A stretch of 64,000 bases of DNA from Deltaproteobacteria bacterium (GCA_040218735.1 JAVJQW010000055.1:96001-160000), one strand, 5' to 3'; numbered from the stretch's first letter, positions 47,854 through 58,072 are shown. Numbers and translations: made by a program. Notes: generated by a model from the letters alone, not told the origin.

Positions 47854-48440
47854 CCGGACGCAACAAGAAGCTCGACAGCCTCTTCGCGAAGGCGAAGACG
47901 TGGCGCGAGGTGAAGCAGGCGTTGCGCGCGATCCTCCTGGAGTTCCCGTTCGAGGAGGAGCTCAAGTGGCGGCAGCCCTGTTACCGCTACGAGGGGAGCA
48001 ACGTCGTCCTGATCTCCGGGTTCAAGGACTACTGCGCGCTCGCGTTCCTCCGGGGGGCGCTGCTGAAGGATCCGAAGGGCCGCCTGCAGGCGCCGGGGGA
48101 TCACTCGCAGGCGATGCGTCAGCTCCGCTTCACGAGCGCGGAGGAGGTGCAGAAGAACGCCAAGACGATCCGTAGCTACGTGAAGAACGCGATCGACGTG
48201 CAGAAGAAGGGTCTGAAGGTCGACTTCAAGGCGCGCAAGGCGCTCGAGCTCCCGGACGAGCTCGTCGCGAAGTTCGACGACGACCCGGATCTGCGCGCCG
48301 CCTTCGAAGCGCTCACACCCGGCCGCCAACGCGGATGGCTCCTCCACTTCACGGGCGCCAAACAGTCGAAGACGCGCACCGCGCGCATCGAGAAGGCCGC
48401 CGACCGCATCTTCGCGGGGCAGGGCATCCACGACCGCTGA
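47850..48440 (+). CDS. YdeI/OmpD-associated family protein
   Basis: EELKWRQPCY, GALLKDP, AFEALTPGRQR, AKQSKTR; GTG overlaps the upstream TGA. Confidence 0.88.
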   Translation: MTGRNKKLDSLFAKAKTWREVKQALRAILLEFPFEEELKWRQPCYRYEGSNVVLISGFKDYCALAFLRGALLKDPKGRLQAPGDHSQAMRQLRFTSAEEVQKNAKTIRSYVKNAIDVQKKGLKVDFKARKALELPDELVAKFDDDPDLRAAFEALTPGRQRGWLLHFTGAKQSKTRTARIEKAADRIFAGQGIHDR

Positions 48441-48532
48441 ACGCGACGTGACGCGCGGCGTCACAGAGAATCCCGGATTGAACGCAACGAATGTCAGACT
48501 GTGTGCGATAACATCTGACGTTTGGAGGCCAA

Positions 48533-50404
48533 ATGTCCGTGACTCCGGTTCAAACCCGCCGACTTCTCGGGCTGCAGCCCCTCCCGAATCGATTTCAGAC
48601 GGCCCCCGTCCTCGCCGCCCCTGAATTTCAGAACGCCCAGCTCGGGCCCCGCTTCCTGCCCACCGCACCCGTCGCCTCCAAGCGTAGCGCTGCTCAGCTG
48701 CGGGCCTGGAGCGCCTCCGAGGATCTCGCGCTCTCCTCGCGCCTGAGGAAACGCCTCAACAAGAAGCGCGGCGACGACATCTCGACGGAAGACGCGCAGT
48801 ACCTCGTCAACGCGCTCCGCCGCGCGCCCGCGATCGGCGAGACCACCGTGCGCCTCCTGCTGTCGATGCTCGAGCACGCCAACCTCGAGGACCCGTCGCT
48901 GTGGTCCGACATGTTCGTTGCGGTCGCGAAGAAGGCGCCCGACCTCGACACGCTGCTCCCGCCGGAGCGCATCGTCACCGTCATTCACGAGCTCGCGGAG
49001 AAGCTCGGCAAACACAAGAAGCTGAACGACGAAGCCGTCGAGAAGCTCCTCGCGTTCGGCACGCTGCGCGGCGTCCCGAACATCCGCACGCGCCGCGCCC
49101 TCGAAGCCGTGCGCCGCCTGCACCCGATGACGCAGAGCGCGGCGAAGACGATGAAGACGCGCCTCGACGCCATCCCGTTCGCGCCGCCGAAGCCGTGGAC
49201 GTTCTTCATCTACATGGCGAGCGAGAACAACCTCGAGCCGTACGCGGTCGACGACCTCGTCGACATGCAGCAGACGTTCGAGAAGATCGCGCCGTTCGCC
49301 AACGTCGTGGTGCTCGCCGACGGCGGCGTCGTGAACGACGAGGACAAGACCCTCGGCCCGCAGCCCGCGAACAACTGGTCGCAGAAGACACGATTGCTCC
49401 TCATCGAGCCGTCCGAGATGGAAGGCCACGTGATGTCGCGCGCGATCCCCGTGCCGGTCGACACGCCGCTCGGCGAGCTGATGCAGCAGAACAAGGGCGA
49501 CCTCAACCTCGGCAGCCCCGACACGCTGCGGAAGTCGATCGACTTCGTGCAGAAGGGCATCCCGTCCGATCACATGTTCTTCTCGGTGTGGAGCCACGGG
49601 CTCGCGTGGAAGGGCATCGCGGAGGACGAAAACGCCGGACGTGGATCCGACATGCTCCGCCCGCACGAGCTGATCGACGCGCTCGGCGACCTCGAGCACC
49701 CGCCCGCGGTCATGGGCTTCGACGCGTGCCTCATGGCGAACAGCGGCGTGAGCGCGCTGCTCGAAGAGCTCGGGTCCGAGTACATGATCGGGAGCCAAGA
49801 GCTCCTCGACGCCGAGGGCTGGGGCTACCACCGCGTCTTCGAAGGGCTCGCGAAGGCGGAGAAGAAGGCCGGCAAGCTCACGCCCGAGGCGCTCGCGCAC
49901 ACGATCGTCGACGTCGCGCACGGCACGACGCTCTCGGCGATGAAACTCTCCGAGTCCACGAAGGTCTGGGCCGGGCTCGACAAACTCGGCGAGGCGCTCA
50001 ACGCGATCGGTGGGCGCAGCAACCCCGAGGTGCAACAGATCCTCGAGTCACTGCCGCGCTACGGGAGCTACGGCGTCGACGCGAGTGAAGAGGACAAGGC
50101 GCAGGGCGACGAGGACGTCGTCGACGTCATCCACATGTGCAAACAGCTCGAGGCGGCGTTCCCGCGTTCGGACATCGCCAAGGCAGCGAAGAAGCTCCGC
50201 GAGACGACGGCCGACGCGACGCACTTCAAGAACATGCCCTCGAAGTCGTACCCCGGCATCGAGAACTACAGCCATGGGCTCACGACGTACCTCCCGCGCA
50301 CCGGCGACGTCTTCAAGTCGCACTACCTGGGCAAAGGCGCAGTTTGGAAACACCGCGCGCCGTCTTGGATTGCCTTGCTGAAGCAGAAGCCCGAAAAATC
50401 CTGA
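48533..50404 (+). CDS. Clostripain-related (C11) cysteine peptidase with N-terminal extension
   Basis: WTFFIYMASENNLE, WSHG (His), FDACLM (Cys), GW.Y; GGAGG RBS. Confidence 0.85.
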   Translation: MSVTPVQTRRLLGLQPLPNRFQTAPVLAAPEFQNAQLGPRFLPTAPVASKRSAAQLRAWSASEDLALSSRLRKRLNKKRGDDISTEDAQYLVNALRRAPAIGETTVRLLLSMLEHANLEDPSLWSDMFVAVAKKAPDLDTLLPPERIVTVIHELAEKLGKHKKLNDEAVEKLLAFGTLRGVPNIRTRRALEAVRRLHPMTQSAAKTMKTRLDAIPFAPPKPWTFFIYMASENNLEPYAVDDLVDMQQTFEKIAPFANVVVLADGGVVNDEDKTLGPQPANNWSQKTRLLLIEPSEMEGHVMSRAIPVPVDTPLGELMQQNKGDLNLGSPDTLRKSIDFVQKGIPSDHMFFSVWSHGLAWKGIAEDENAGRGSDMLRPHELIDALGDLEHPPAVMGFDACLMANSGVSALLEELGSEYMIGSQELLDAEGWGYHRVFEGLAKAEKKAGKLTPEALAHTIVDVAHGTTLSAMKLSESTKVWAGLDKLGEALNAIGGRSNPEVQQILESLPRYGSYGVDASEEDKAQGDEDVVDVIHMCKQLEAAFPRSDIAKAAKKLRETTADATHFKNMPSKSYPGIENYSHGLTTYLPRTGDVFKSHYLGKGAVWKHRAPSWIALLKQKPEKS

Positions 50405-50408
50405 CCTC

Positions 50409-51296
50409 ATGGACCGCGTCCGCCGACTCGCCGCCTTCTGGAACTGGCTTCCGGCGTTTCGGGCGGTCGCGGAGGCCGAGCACCTCCCCTCTGCGTCCGG
50501 GGAGATGCACGTCAGCGCGTCGGCGCTGTCCCGATCGATCCGGCTGTTGGAGGACGCGCTCGGCGTCGAGCTCTTCGAACGTCGCGGCCGTAACCTGATC
50601 CTCACCGACGCGGGCCGCACGCTGCTCGTCTCGGTGCGCCGCGCGATGCGCGTGCTCGACGACGGCGTCGAGCAACTCTCGGCGCAGGGCGGGAGCGGGC
50701 CGGTGCGCATCGCGTGCCCCGGACCGTTTGCCTCGCTGTTCGTCTTGCCCGCGTTGGAGGCGCTGCGCGAAGAACACCCGGCGCTCGTGCCCGTGCTGCA
50801 GTCGGCGGACGGCGACCGGGCGAACGCGCTCCTGCTCACCGGCGACCTCGACCTCGCGCTCGTGGACGACCCCGTGCAGCGGCCGCACCTCGTCGTCGAG
50901 CGCCTCACGGGAATCGCGTACGGCGTCTACTGCGGGCGACCGCATCCGCTCTACGCGGTGGAGGCCCCCACGCTCGAAGACGTCCAGGCGCACCGGTTCG
51001 CGGCGCCCCCGTCCGGCGACGATCACTGGCCCTCCGACGTCGCGCGGATCGTCGGCGCGGAGCTCACGCAGCTGCAGCTCGGCGTCGACTTCTGTTTGGA
51101 GGGGGGCTACCTCGCGGTGCTCCCGGACCCGGTCGCGAAGCGCTACGTGGACGACGGGCGGCTGCGTCGGATCCCGCTGGAGATCTTCGAGTCGACGGCG
51201 CTCTACGCGGTCTATCGCGAGCCGCTCGGCACGCCGACGAAGGTCGACATCGTGCTCCCCGCACTACGCAGCGTCGTGCAGCGAACGACCGGGTGA
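50409..51296 (+). CDS. LysR family transcriptional regulator
   Basis: WNWLPAFRAVAE...SALSRSIRLLEDALGVELFERRGRNLILTDAG. Confidence 0.93.
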   Translation: MDRVRRLAAFWNWLPAFRAVAEAEHLPSASGEMHVSASALSRSIRLLEDALGVELFERRGRNLILTDAGRTLLVSVRRAMRVLDDGVEQLSAQGGSGPVRIACPGPFASLFVLPALEALREEHPALVPVLQSADGDRANALLLTGDLDLALVDDPVQRPHLVVERLTGIAYGVYCGRPHPLYAVEAPTLEDVQAHRFAAPPSGDDHWPSDVARIVGAELTQLQLGVDFCLEGGYLAVLPDPVAKRYVDDGRLRRIPLEIFESTALYAVYREPLGTPTKVDIVLPALRSVVQRTTG

Positions 51297-52088
51297 GCGG
51301 TGCAGGACGGCGGGGGGCAGGATGCCCTCGCGCTGGAACGCTTCGTAGATGCGCTGCGAGACGTCGGACTCGAAGGCCTTCTCGTACTGCAGCTCGAGCA
51401 CGTACGCCTTCGCGCGGAGGCGCACCGCGATCATCATGTCGAGGCGCACTTCGTTGACGAGGACCGTCCAGGGTTTGGCGGCGAAGAAGTACGGGCTCGA
51501 GATCAGGCACTCCTCCACGATCTTCTTCGCGCGCGGGATGTTCTGGTCGGTGCCGATGTGGAAGTCCTGCTGCACGAGCATCGTCAGCGCGCCGGAGTTG
51601 CCGGACGACACCGGGCTGCCGAGGAAGGAGCTGTTGGGGATGGTGACTTCGTTGTCGTCGAGCGTGACGAGGCGGACGGAGCGCAGGCCGACGTTCGTGA
51701 TCGTCCCGTAGAAGCCGCCGAAGCTCACACGGTCGCCGACCTGGAACGGCTTCTCGAAGAGGATCATCACGCCCGCGAGGACGGACGACGCCTGGTCCTT
51801 CAGCACGAGGCCGACGGTGACGACGATCGTGCCGCCGAGGACGGTGAGGACCTCCTTCGAAACGGAGAACATCGACTGGAACGCAAACAGCGCACCCAGC
51901 ACGTAGATGGCGAAGCGGATGAACGCGGAGATCTGGCTGACGAGGAGCCGGTTCTTCGCAAACGCCGCGGTGATGCGCTCCGTGACCTCGCGCAGGACCC
52001 GCGCGATGAACCATGTCACCGCGATGACGAAGATGGCGCTGACGAGTCCGGAGAACCGGATGAGCTCGAGGATTTGGCCTGCTTCCAC
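51264..52088 (-). CDS. Mechanosensitive ion channel (MscS family)
   Basis: KPFQVGDRV, GTITNVGLRS, TIPNS; GTG at 52088 with AAGGGA RBS. Confidence 0.88.
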   Translation of the reverse strand: MEAGQILELIRFSGLVSAIFVIAVTWFIARVLREVTERITAAFAKNRLLVSQISAFIRFAIYVLGALFAFQSMFSVSKEVLTVLGGTIVVTVGLVLKDQASSVLAGVMILFEKPFQVGDRVSFGGFYGTITNVGLRSVRLVTLDDNEVTIPNSSFLGSPVSSGNSGALTMLVQQDFHIGTDQNIPRAKKIVEECLISSPYFFAAKPWTVLVNEVRLDMMIAVRLRAKAYVLELQYEKAFESDVSQRIYEAFQREGILPPAVLHRSPGRSLHDAA

Positions 52089-52102
52089 GTGCGCGTCCCT
52101 TT

Positions 52103-55100
52103 CTAGATCATGTTGTGCTGCGACAGGTGCCGCATGACCGAGCGGTACCAGTGCACGCCGATCTCGAACTGGTCGGAGTCGGCGACGGGCTCGAGGATGC
52201 CTTCCTCGACGCCGCGGGTGAGGGTGGCCGCCGCGAGCTGCGGATCCATACGCAACACGCGCGCAAGCTGGGTTGCGCTGAGACGGTCGTGCGTCGCGAG
52301 CGCCGCGTAGGCAAAACGGACCTCCGGCGGCGCGCGGTCGAGGCGTTCGCCGCGCGGGCTGGAGAAGAGGCGGACGCGTACGCGATCGTCCGCGACGTAG
52401 GCGAGCGAGCGCAGCCAGAAGTGACACGCGACGGCGGGGCAGCCGTCCGCGTAGTCCCAGATGAGTCGCGTGTACGCCTCGCTGCTGCGGGCGAGGGCGG
52501 TGGTGTTGTCGGACTCGTTGGAGTCGGCGAGGAGGTCGTCGAACTGGTGCACGACGCCGGAGGCGGCGGCGCGCGCCATCAACAGCATGCGGATGTCTTG
52601 TTCGGACCACTCGCGGATGAACTGCTCGGACCGGAAGCGAACGCGACGCGGGCGCGCGGCGGAGATGTAGCGCCACGCGGTGTCGTCGGCGGCCGCGATC
52701 CAGAAGACACGATCGGCGGTGCGCTCCATGACGTCGAGGAGGAGATCGAAGCCGTCGTAGCCGCCGAGGTCACGGACGACGAGGCGGTGAATGTCGTCGA
52801 GGAGGATGATGCGACGCGCGTCGCGGAGCTTCTCGATGATGTCGTCCGGTTCGTCGGCGCCGGTGATCCTCCCGAGGTGGTGGAGGAGGCAGTCGCGTCC
52901 GTCGTCGCGGCGGGAGAGGGCGACGTGCTCCACGGGGACGTCGTACGAACGCGCGGCCTCCGCGGCGCGCCACAGCCACGTCGTCTTGCCGTAGCCGCGC
53001 GGAGCACGGACGAGGAAGCTGCCGCGCATCCGCCCCTCGTTCCACGCGTCGAGGTCGGCCTGGAGTTTGTCGAGGCCGGGGCAGAAGTCGACGCGCACGT
53101 CGGAGTCCGTGAGGGGCTGCGTCGAGAACGCGTCCTTCAGCGCGAGGGGGAGCCGCTCGACGTCGCCCTTGAACTGGCCCAGCTCTTCGCCGCGGCGCTC
53201 GAGGCGCTTGCGGAAGAGGAACGAGAGCGCCTTGCGGATCTGGTCGAACTGGAGCGCGGTCTCCTTGGCGACCGCGACGATGCCGCGCACCGCGACGAGG
53301 AAGAACGCCGCGAGGACGACGACGAAGCTGTAGTACTTGTCCTTCGACTGGTCGACGAGGCGCGCGAGGGTCCCCTCGGGGCGGAAGCGCAGGTACGTCG
53401 CGGCGATCTCCGTGCGCCAGCTACGGACGAGCAGGAAGCCGACGACGACGACACCGAGCGTGAGGAAACGTTCGCCGTGGTGCGCGAGCACGCCGCGCCC
53501 GAGGATGTTGTGGGCGAGGGACAGGAACATCCCGAAGACAAACGCGGCGCGGCCGGCGTGGAGCGTGGTGCGTTCGATCTTCGCGCGCAGGTCGGGGCGC
53601 ACCGCGATTTGGCGGCGCCGCGCGAGCGCGAGGATCGCGGAGTTCGCAGCGACGCGAATCAGCCAGTAATACGAGAACCAGACGACGACCGTGAACGCGA
53701 GCTCCAGCTCGAGGAAGTCACCGAACCCGCCGAGCCACCAACGCCCCGCGTGTAGCGCGAAGATGAAGATCACCGGCGATGCGAACCGCTCGACCGCGCG
53801 CTGCAGGACGGTCACGCGTCTGAGCGACACCATCGACTGCACGCGGTCCGGACGATGGACCGCGAGCCACTTGCGCAGGCGGGGGACGCTCTTCCGTCGC
53901 AGCCAGTACGCCGCGAAGAAGATGACGAGCAGCTTGAGGATCGTGGTGGCCCATCGCCCGAGGTTCGAGAAGTCGGTGAAGTCGAGGCGCGCGATCGACT
54001 GCGCTCGCGCGACGATTCGCGCTTGTGTCGTGAGGCGAAGCGCCGAGATTTCACGTCGCGCCTCGGTCAGCCCCACCTTGGAGTAGGCGAAGCGCTCGGA
54101 GCGATCGTCGGGAGACATCGCGAGGAGGACGCGCTCGCGCGAGGCCATCAGCGCCTCGACCTCGGCGAGCCACTGCACGATGTCGTCGGCGCGCGAAGTG
54201 CGTTCGGTGGTGCGGATCTCTTCGCGGTAGCGCTCGAACTCGACGATCGACTCCCGCACTTCGAAGGCCGCTTGTCGCTCCTCGGGGCTCGCGTCCGTGT
54301 CGGTGTCGGGCGGCTCGACGTCGAGCTCGCCGAGCTTCAGCGACTCGGTCGCGAGGGACATCGAGACCTCGAGCTCCTCGAGCGCGCGGTCGACGAGGAT
54401 GATCGACGTCTCGTACATCGAGTCCGCCGCGGTGGCGGAGATCGTCCCCTGCGATGCCGCGATGTGTTTCGTCGCCTTCGCGACGACCTCGGCTTCGAGC
54501 GCGTTGCGGACCTGGCGGTCCTTGGAGAGTTTCTCGGCGCGATCGGCGAGCGCGCTCATCGACTGCGCGACGCGGGCACGGAGGCCCTTCAGCGCCTTGA
54601 GCTTCTGCGTGCGTGCGCGCTCGGCGTCCGCGAGGGCGGCGCGTCGTTGGCCTTCGGCGCGCTGCGCCGCGGCGGCGGCCCGCTCCGCCTCCGCGCGTGA
54701 CTCCGCGGCCGCGAGGCGGGCTTCGTACTTGGCTTCCGCGCCGCGGACACGCTCCGCGAGGACGTCGGGCGGGAGGCTCAGCAGCTCGAGCTCCAACACC
54801 GCTGCGCGGAAGTCGAGGATGGGGCGGCGCAGGCCGACCTCGACGGCCGACGTGCTCGTGGAGGAGGTCGCGACGAGCGGGAGTGACGATGAGGCCTCGA
54901 CGATCTGGTCGTTGAGGCGCTCCACGCGGGCCTTGATCGCTTTGGGGTCGTCGAGGTCGACGCCGAAGAGGGTTCGGATCGGGACGTCCAGGCTGGTCTG
55001 GCCCTTCAGGACGCGCGCGAGGCGACGCACGCGCCGCTCGAGGTGGTCGTAGGTCTCCGGCGTCTCGTCCGCGCGAGCGACGTTCCCGGCCAGGATCAGG

Positions 55101-55132
55101 GGCAGGGCGATGAAGATCGGGTGCAGACGCAT
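52103..55132 (-). CDS. Large membrane protein: periplasmic coiled coil, TM bundle, C-terminal P-loop NTPase
   Basis: Signal peptide MRLHPIFIAL; helical Ala/Glu/Arg region; several TMs; APRGYGKT Walker A; IILLDD Walker B. Confidence 0.72.
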   Translation of the reverse strand: MRLHPIFIALPLILAGNVARADETPETYDHLERRVRRLARVLKGQTSLDVPIRTLFGVDLDDPKAIKARVERLNDQIVEASSSLPLVATSSTSTSAVEVGLRRPILDFRAAVLELELLSLPPDVLAERVRGAEAKYEARLAAAESRAEAERAAAAAQRAEGQRRAALADAERARTQKLKALKGLRARVAQSMSALADRAEKLSKDRQVRNALEAEVVAKATKHIAASQGTISATAADSMYETSIILVDRALEELEVSMSLATESLKLGELDVEPPDTDTDASPEERQAAFEVRESIVEFERYREEIRTTERTSRADDIVQWLAEVEALMASRERVLLAMSPDDRSERFAYSKVGLTEARREISALRLTTQARIVARAQSIARLDFTDFSNLGRWATTILKLLVIFFAAYWLRRKSVPRLRKWLAVHRPDRVQSMVSLRRVTVLQRAVERFASPVIFIFALHAGRWWLGGFGDFLELELAFTVVVWFSYYWLIRVAANSAILALARRRQIAVRPDLRAKIERTTLHAGRAAFVFGMFLSLAHNILGRGVLAHHGERFLTLGVVVVGFLLVRSWRTEIAATYLRFRPEGTLARLVDQSKDKYYSFVVVLAAFFLVAVRGIVAVAKETALQFDQIRKALSFLFRKRLERRGEELGQFKGDVERLPLALKDAFSTQPLTDSDVRVDFCPGLDKLQADLDAWNEGRMRGSFLVRAPRGYGKTTWLWRAAEAARSYDVPVEHVALSRRDDGRDCLLHHLGRITGADEPDDIIEKLRDARRIILLDDIHRLVVRDLGGYDGFDLLLDVMERTADRVFWIAAADDTAWRYISAARPRRVRFRSEQFIREWSEQDIRMLLMARAAASGVVHQFDDLLADSNESDNTTALARSSEAYTRLIWDYADGCPAVACHFWLRSLAYVADDRVRVRLFSSPRGERLDRAPPEVRFAYAALATHDRLSATQLARVLRMDPQLAAATLTRGVEEGILEPVADSDQFEIGVHWYRSVMRHLSQHNMI

Positions 55133-55301
55133 CGAGCCATCCCGACTGTCCGGAGTTCGCGGCGAGTGCGCAATTTTTCGGCCGCTGCGCGGAATCGGCC
55201 CCCCATCGGCTGGCCCGGGGGAGGCACATTGTCGCAGGTCGCACCTTTTTTCCCCCGACGCCGGTACAACCTCGTAACTTCGGTGGCGCAGAGCCTTACT
55301 C

Positions 55302-55781
55302 ATGAAAGTCCAATCGATGATGAAGCCGTCCCTCACCGCCGCCGCCCTGGCGCTCGTCTTTGCCGCGGGCTGCGGCCAGGCCGACCCGATGCTGCACGCC
55401 GTCACGGTCAGCCCCGCGACGGTCGCCGCGGGTGAGGACCTGACCCTCACCGTCGACCTCGAGAACTTCGACCTCGTGAACCCGGATGGCCACGCCCACG
55501 GGCTCCGTGCGGCTGACGAAAGCCACGAGCACGGCGAGGCCGACGGGGACTACCCCTCGGAGGGCCACTTCCACGTCTACATGGACTCGGTGGAGCAGAA
55601 CCCCCTCATGATCAACTGCCCGGACCACTGCATGCACTCCGCGTTTGCGAAGGAGGTCCGCGCGCGCATCCCGGACGGGACCGCGGCCGGAATGCACACG
55701 ATCATCGTTCGGTTGAACGACAACAGCCACATGACCCTGACCCCGCACATCAAGGCCGAAGCGACCTTCACGGTGCAGTGA
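55302..55781 (+). CDS. His-rich lipoprotein, putative metal-binding
   Basis: Lipobox AAGC; HAHG, HEHG, GHFHVY, CPDHCMH, G.HT..V.L....H. Confidence 0.65.
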   Translation: MKVQSMMKPSLTAAALALVFAAGCGQADPMLHAVTVSPATVAAGEDLTLTVDLENFDLVNPDGHAHGLRAADESHEHGEADGDYPSEGHFHVYMDSVEQNPLMINCPDHCMHSAFAKEVRARIPDGTAAGMHTIIVRLNDNSHMTLTPHIKAEATFTVQ

Positions 55782-55802
55782 CCGCCGAAAGCGAGTGACC
55801 GA

Positions 55803-56279
55803 ATGAAGCTTGGCCCCGTCCTCCTCACGCTCCCCCTCGTCCTCGCCGCCGCCTGTTCGGGCGGTGACGACATCGGGACGAATCCCAACGCGCTGTGCGG
55901 GGACGAGTCGCGAGCGACGGACTATGTCTCGGGGCTGGAGCTCGATACGACGGACGCCGCGTTCACCGTGCGCCTCACGGACGTGATGGTCGCCGACACG
56001 CCGCAGCCGCCAGATCGCGGGAACAATCTGTGGACGTTCGAGGTACTGGACTCCGCCGGATCGCCGGTCACGGACGCGACGGTCGAGATGAAGGCTTGGA
56101 TGCCCGACCACGGCCATGGCACGAACCCGCTGTGGAACGACGCGCGTCCGATGAACGGCGGCGGCTACGAGGTCGGCGCGTTCGACCTGTTCATGGGTGG
56201 GTTTTGGCAGTTCACGTTCAGGGTCGACCAAGCCGGGAACACCGACGAGGGCGTCGTCGGCTTCTGCATCGAGGGTTGA
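55803..56279 (+). CDS. FixH/YtkA-like lipoprotein
   Basis: Lipobox AAAC; WMPDHGHG, FMGGFWQF. Confidence 0.75.
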   Translation: MKLGPVLLTLPLVLAAACSGGDDIGTNPNALCGDESRATDYVSGLELDTTDAAFTVRLTDVMVADTPQPPDRGNNLWTFEVLDSAGSPVTDATVEMKAWMPDHGHGTNPLWNDARPMNGGGYEVGAFDLFMGGFWQFTFRVDQAGNTDEGVVGFCIEG

Positions 56280-56656
56280 TCGCGCTCGCCTGGCTCGCCG
56301 CCGCGTGTAACGGCGGCGGGGACTGCGTCTCGGACCTGGACCCGGACTGCACCCCTGCCTTCACGCCCACGTTCGAAGAGATCCACCGCCGCACACTCAC
56401 CCAGTCGTGTGCGATCGCCGGAGCATCCTGCCACGCGACGGCCGGGTCGCAGGGGGGCCTTGCGTTGGAGGACATCGACGTCGCCTACCGCGCGCTCGTC
56501 GACGACGGGCGCGTGATCGCGAACGACGCCGCTTGTAGCTTGATGGTCATGCGCATCGAGGCCGACGATGGAACGGTGATGCCGCCGGCGAACCCGCTGC
56601 GTGCCGCCGAGCGCTGCGCGATCGCCACGTGGATCCGGGAGGGGGCCCAACGATGA
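56276..56656 (+). CDS. Small lipoprotein, putative c-type cytochrome with CX6CH
   Basis: TTG overlaps the upstream TGA; lipobox AAAC; PTF..I, CAIAGASCH, distal MPP, WIREGA ending. Confidence 0.6.
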   Translation: MIALAWLAAACNGGGDCVSDLDPDCTPAFTPTFEEIHRRTLTQSCAIAGASCHATAGSQGGLALEDIDVAYRALVDDGRVIANDAACSLMVMRIEADDGTVMPPANPLRAAERCAIATWIREGAQR

Positions 56657-57990
56657 AACGCGCGCTGTGGGCCATGACGTTCGTCGTCGCCGGGTGCGGC
56701 GACGGTGTGGAACAGCTCACCTACGAGCAGGCGCTCGAACCCGAGCAGTGCCAGACCTGCCACCCCGAGCACTACAAGCAGTGGTCCGGCAGCATGCACG
56801 CATTCGCGGGCGACGATCCGCTCTTCCGCGCGATGAACGCGCGCGGCCAACGCGAGACGAACGGCGAGCTCGGTGACTTCTGCGTGCAGTGCCACGCGCC
56901 GCTCGCGCTGCAGAACGGCCTGACCACCGACGGCACGAACCTCGACGAGGTCCCGAAGCACCTGCGCGGCGTGACGTGTGCGTACTGCCACCTCACCGAG
57001 GCCGTGGAGGGGACGCACAACAACCCGCTCCGCCTCGCCACGGAGGTGATCATGCGCGGCGCGTTCGAGGCGGCCGACGGCGCGGCGCACGCGTCGGCGG
57101 TGTCGCCGCTGCACGATCGCAGCGACCCGGAGTCGTCGAACCTGTGCGGCTCCTGTCACGACATCGTCCTGCCGAACGGCGTCCACCTCGAGCAGACCTT
57201 CTCGGAGTGGAAGGATTCGCTGTTCGCGCACGACACACCCGCCGAGCTTCAGACGTGCGGGCGGTGCCACATGCCGGGGTACGACGGCGTCGCGGCGGAC
57301 GTGCCGGGCGTGCCGCTGCGGCGGATCACCGACCACAAGATGGTCGGCGTGGACGTCGCCACGATCGACTGGCCCGAAAAGGACGCGCAGCGCGCTGCGA
57401 TTCAGCAGATGCTCGACACGACCGTCGTCGCGCAGATGTGCATCGCGCGAGTGCCGGGCGGAACGCAGGTGACGATCGACCTGGAGAACCTCGCGGCGGG
57501 GCACAGCTTCCCGTCGGGGGCGACGATCGATCGCCGTGTCTGGGTCGAGCTACGCGCGACGCTCGGCGCGACGGAGATCTACGCGGTGGGCAACATCCCC
57601 GAGGGGACCGCGGTGGCGACCTCGACGGCCGCCGACCTGTGGACGTTCTTCGACCGCGCGTACAAGGACGACGACGAAGTGGCGCACATGTTCTGGGACG
57701 TCGCGCGCGTGGACAAGAACCTGATGCCCGCGCCGACTGCGATCTCCCCCGCGGACCCGGACTGGCGTGACCCCCACGTCGTGCGTGACTTCCGGTTCGA
57801 CGGCGTCGCGGATCGCATCGAGATGAACGTACACATCCGTCCGGTGGGGCTCGACGTGATCGACGACCTCATCGCGAGCGGCGACCTCGACGCGAGCTAC
57901 CGCGACCTGCAGCCGACGTTCACGCTGAGCGCCGCGAACGTGGTGTGGACGGTGGACGACGGCGAGGGCTGCGTCCCGGATCTGCGGTGA
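56653..57990 (+). CDS. Multiheme (5 x CxxCH) c-type cytochrome lipoprotein
   Basis: Lipobox VAGC; CQTCH, CVQCH, CAYCH, CGSCH, CGRCH; WSGSMHA; AGHSFPSG. Confidence 0.9.
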   Translation: MKRALWAMTFVVAGCGDGVEQLTYEQALEPEQCQTCHPEHYKQWSGSMHAFAGDDPLFRAMNARGQRETNGELGDFCVQCHAPLALQNGLTTDGTNLDEVPKHLRGVTCAYCHLTEAVEGTHNNPLRLATEVIMRGAFEAADGAAHASAVSPLHDRSDPESSNLCGSCHDIVLPNGVHLEQTFSEWKDSLFAHDTPAELQTCGRCHMPGYDGVAADVPGVPLRRITDHKMVGVDVATIDWPEKDAQRAAIQQMLDTTVVAQMCIARVPGGTQVTIDLENLAAGHSFPSGATIDRRVWVELRATLGATEIYAVGNIPEGTAVATSTAADLWTFFDRAYKDDDEVAHMFWDVARVDKNLMPAPTAISPADPDWRDPHVVRDFRFDGVADRIEMNVHIRPVGLDVIDDLIASGDLDASYRDLQPTFTLSAANVVWTVDDGEGCVPDLR

Positions 57991-58072
57991 CGTCGGCGAA
58001 CGTTGCCGGCAGCTTCTTCCGAAATCCGAACGCCGGCCGGACGTCCGGGGCGCTTCTCGGGCTCTGACGGGT

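Noticed and set aside
48448-48464. Hairpin GTGACGC-GCG-GCGTCAC after the ydeI-like gene
   Set aside because: It has no U-tract, so I cannot call it an intrinsic terminator.
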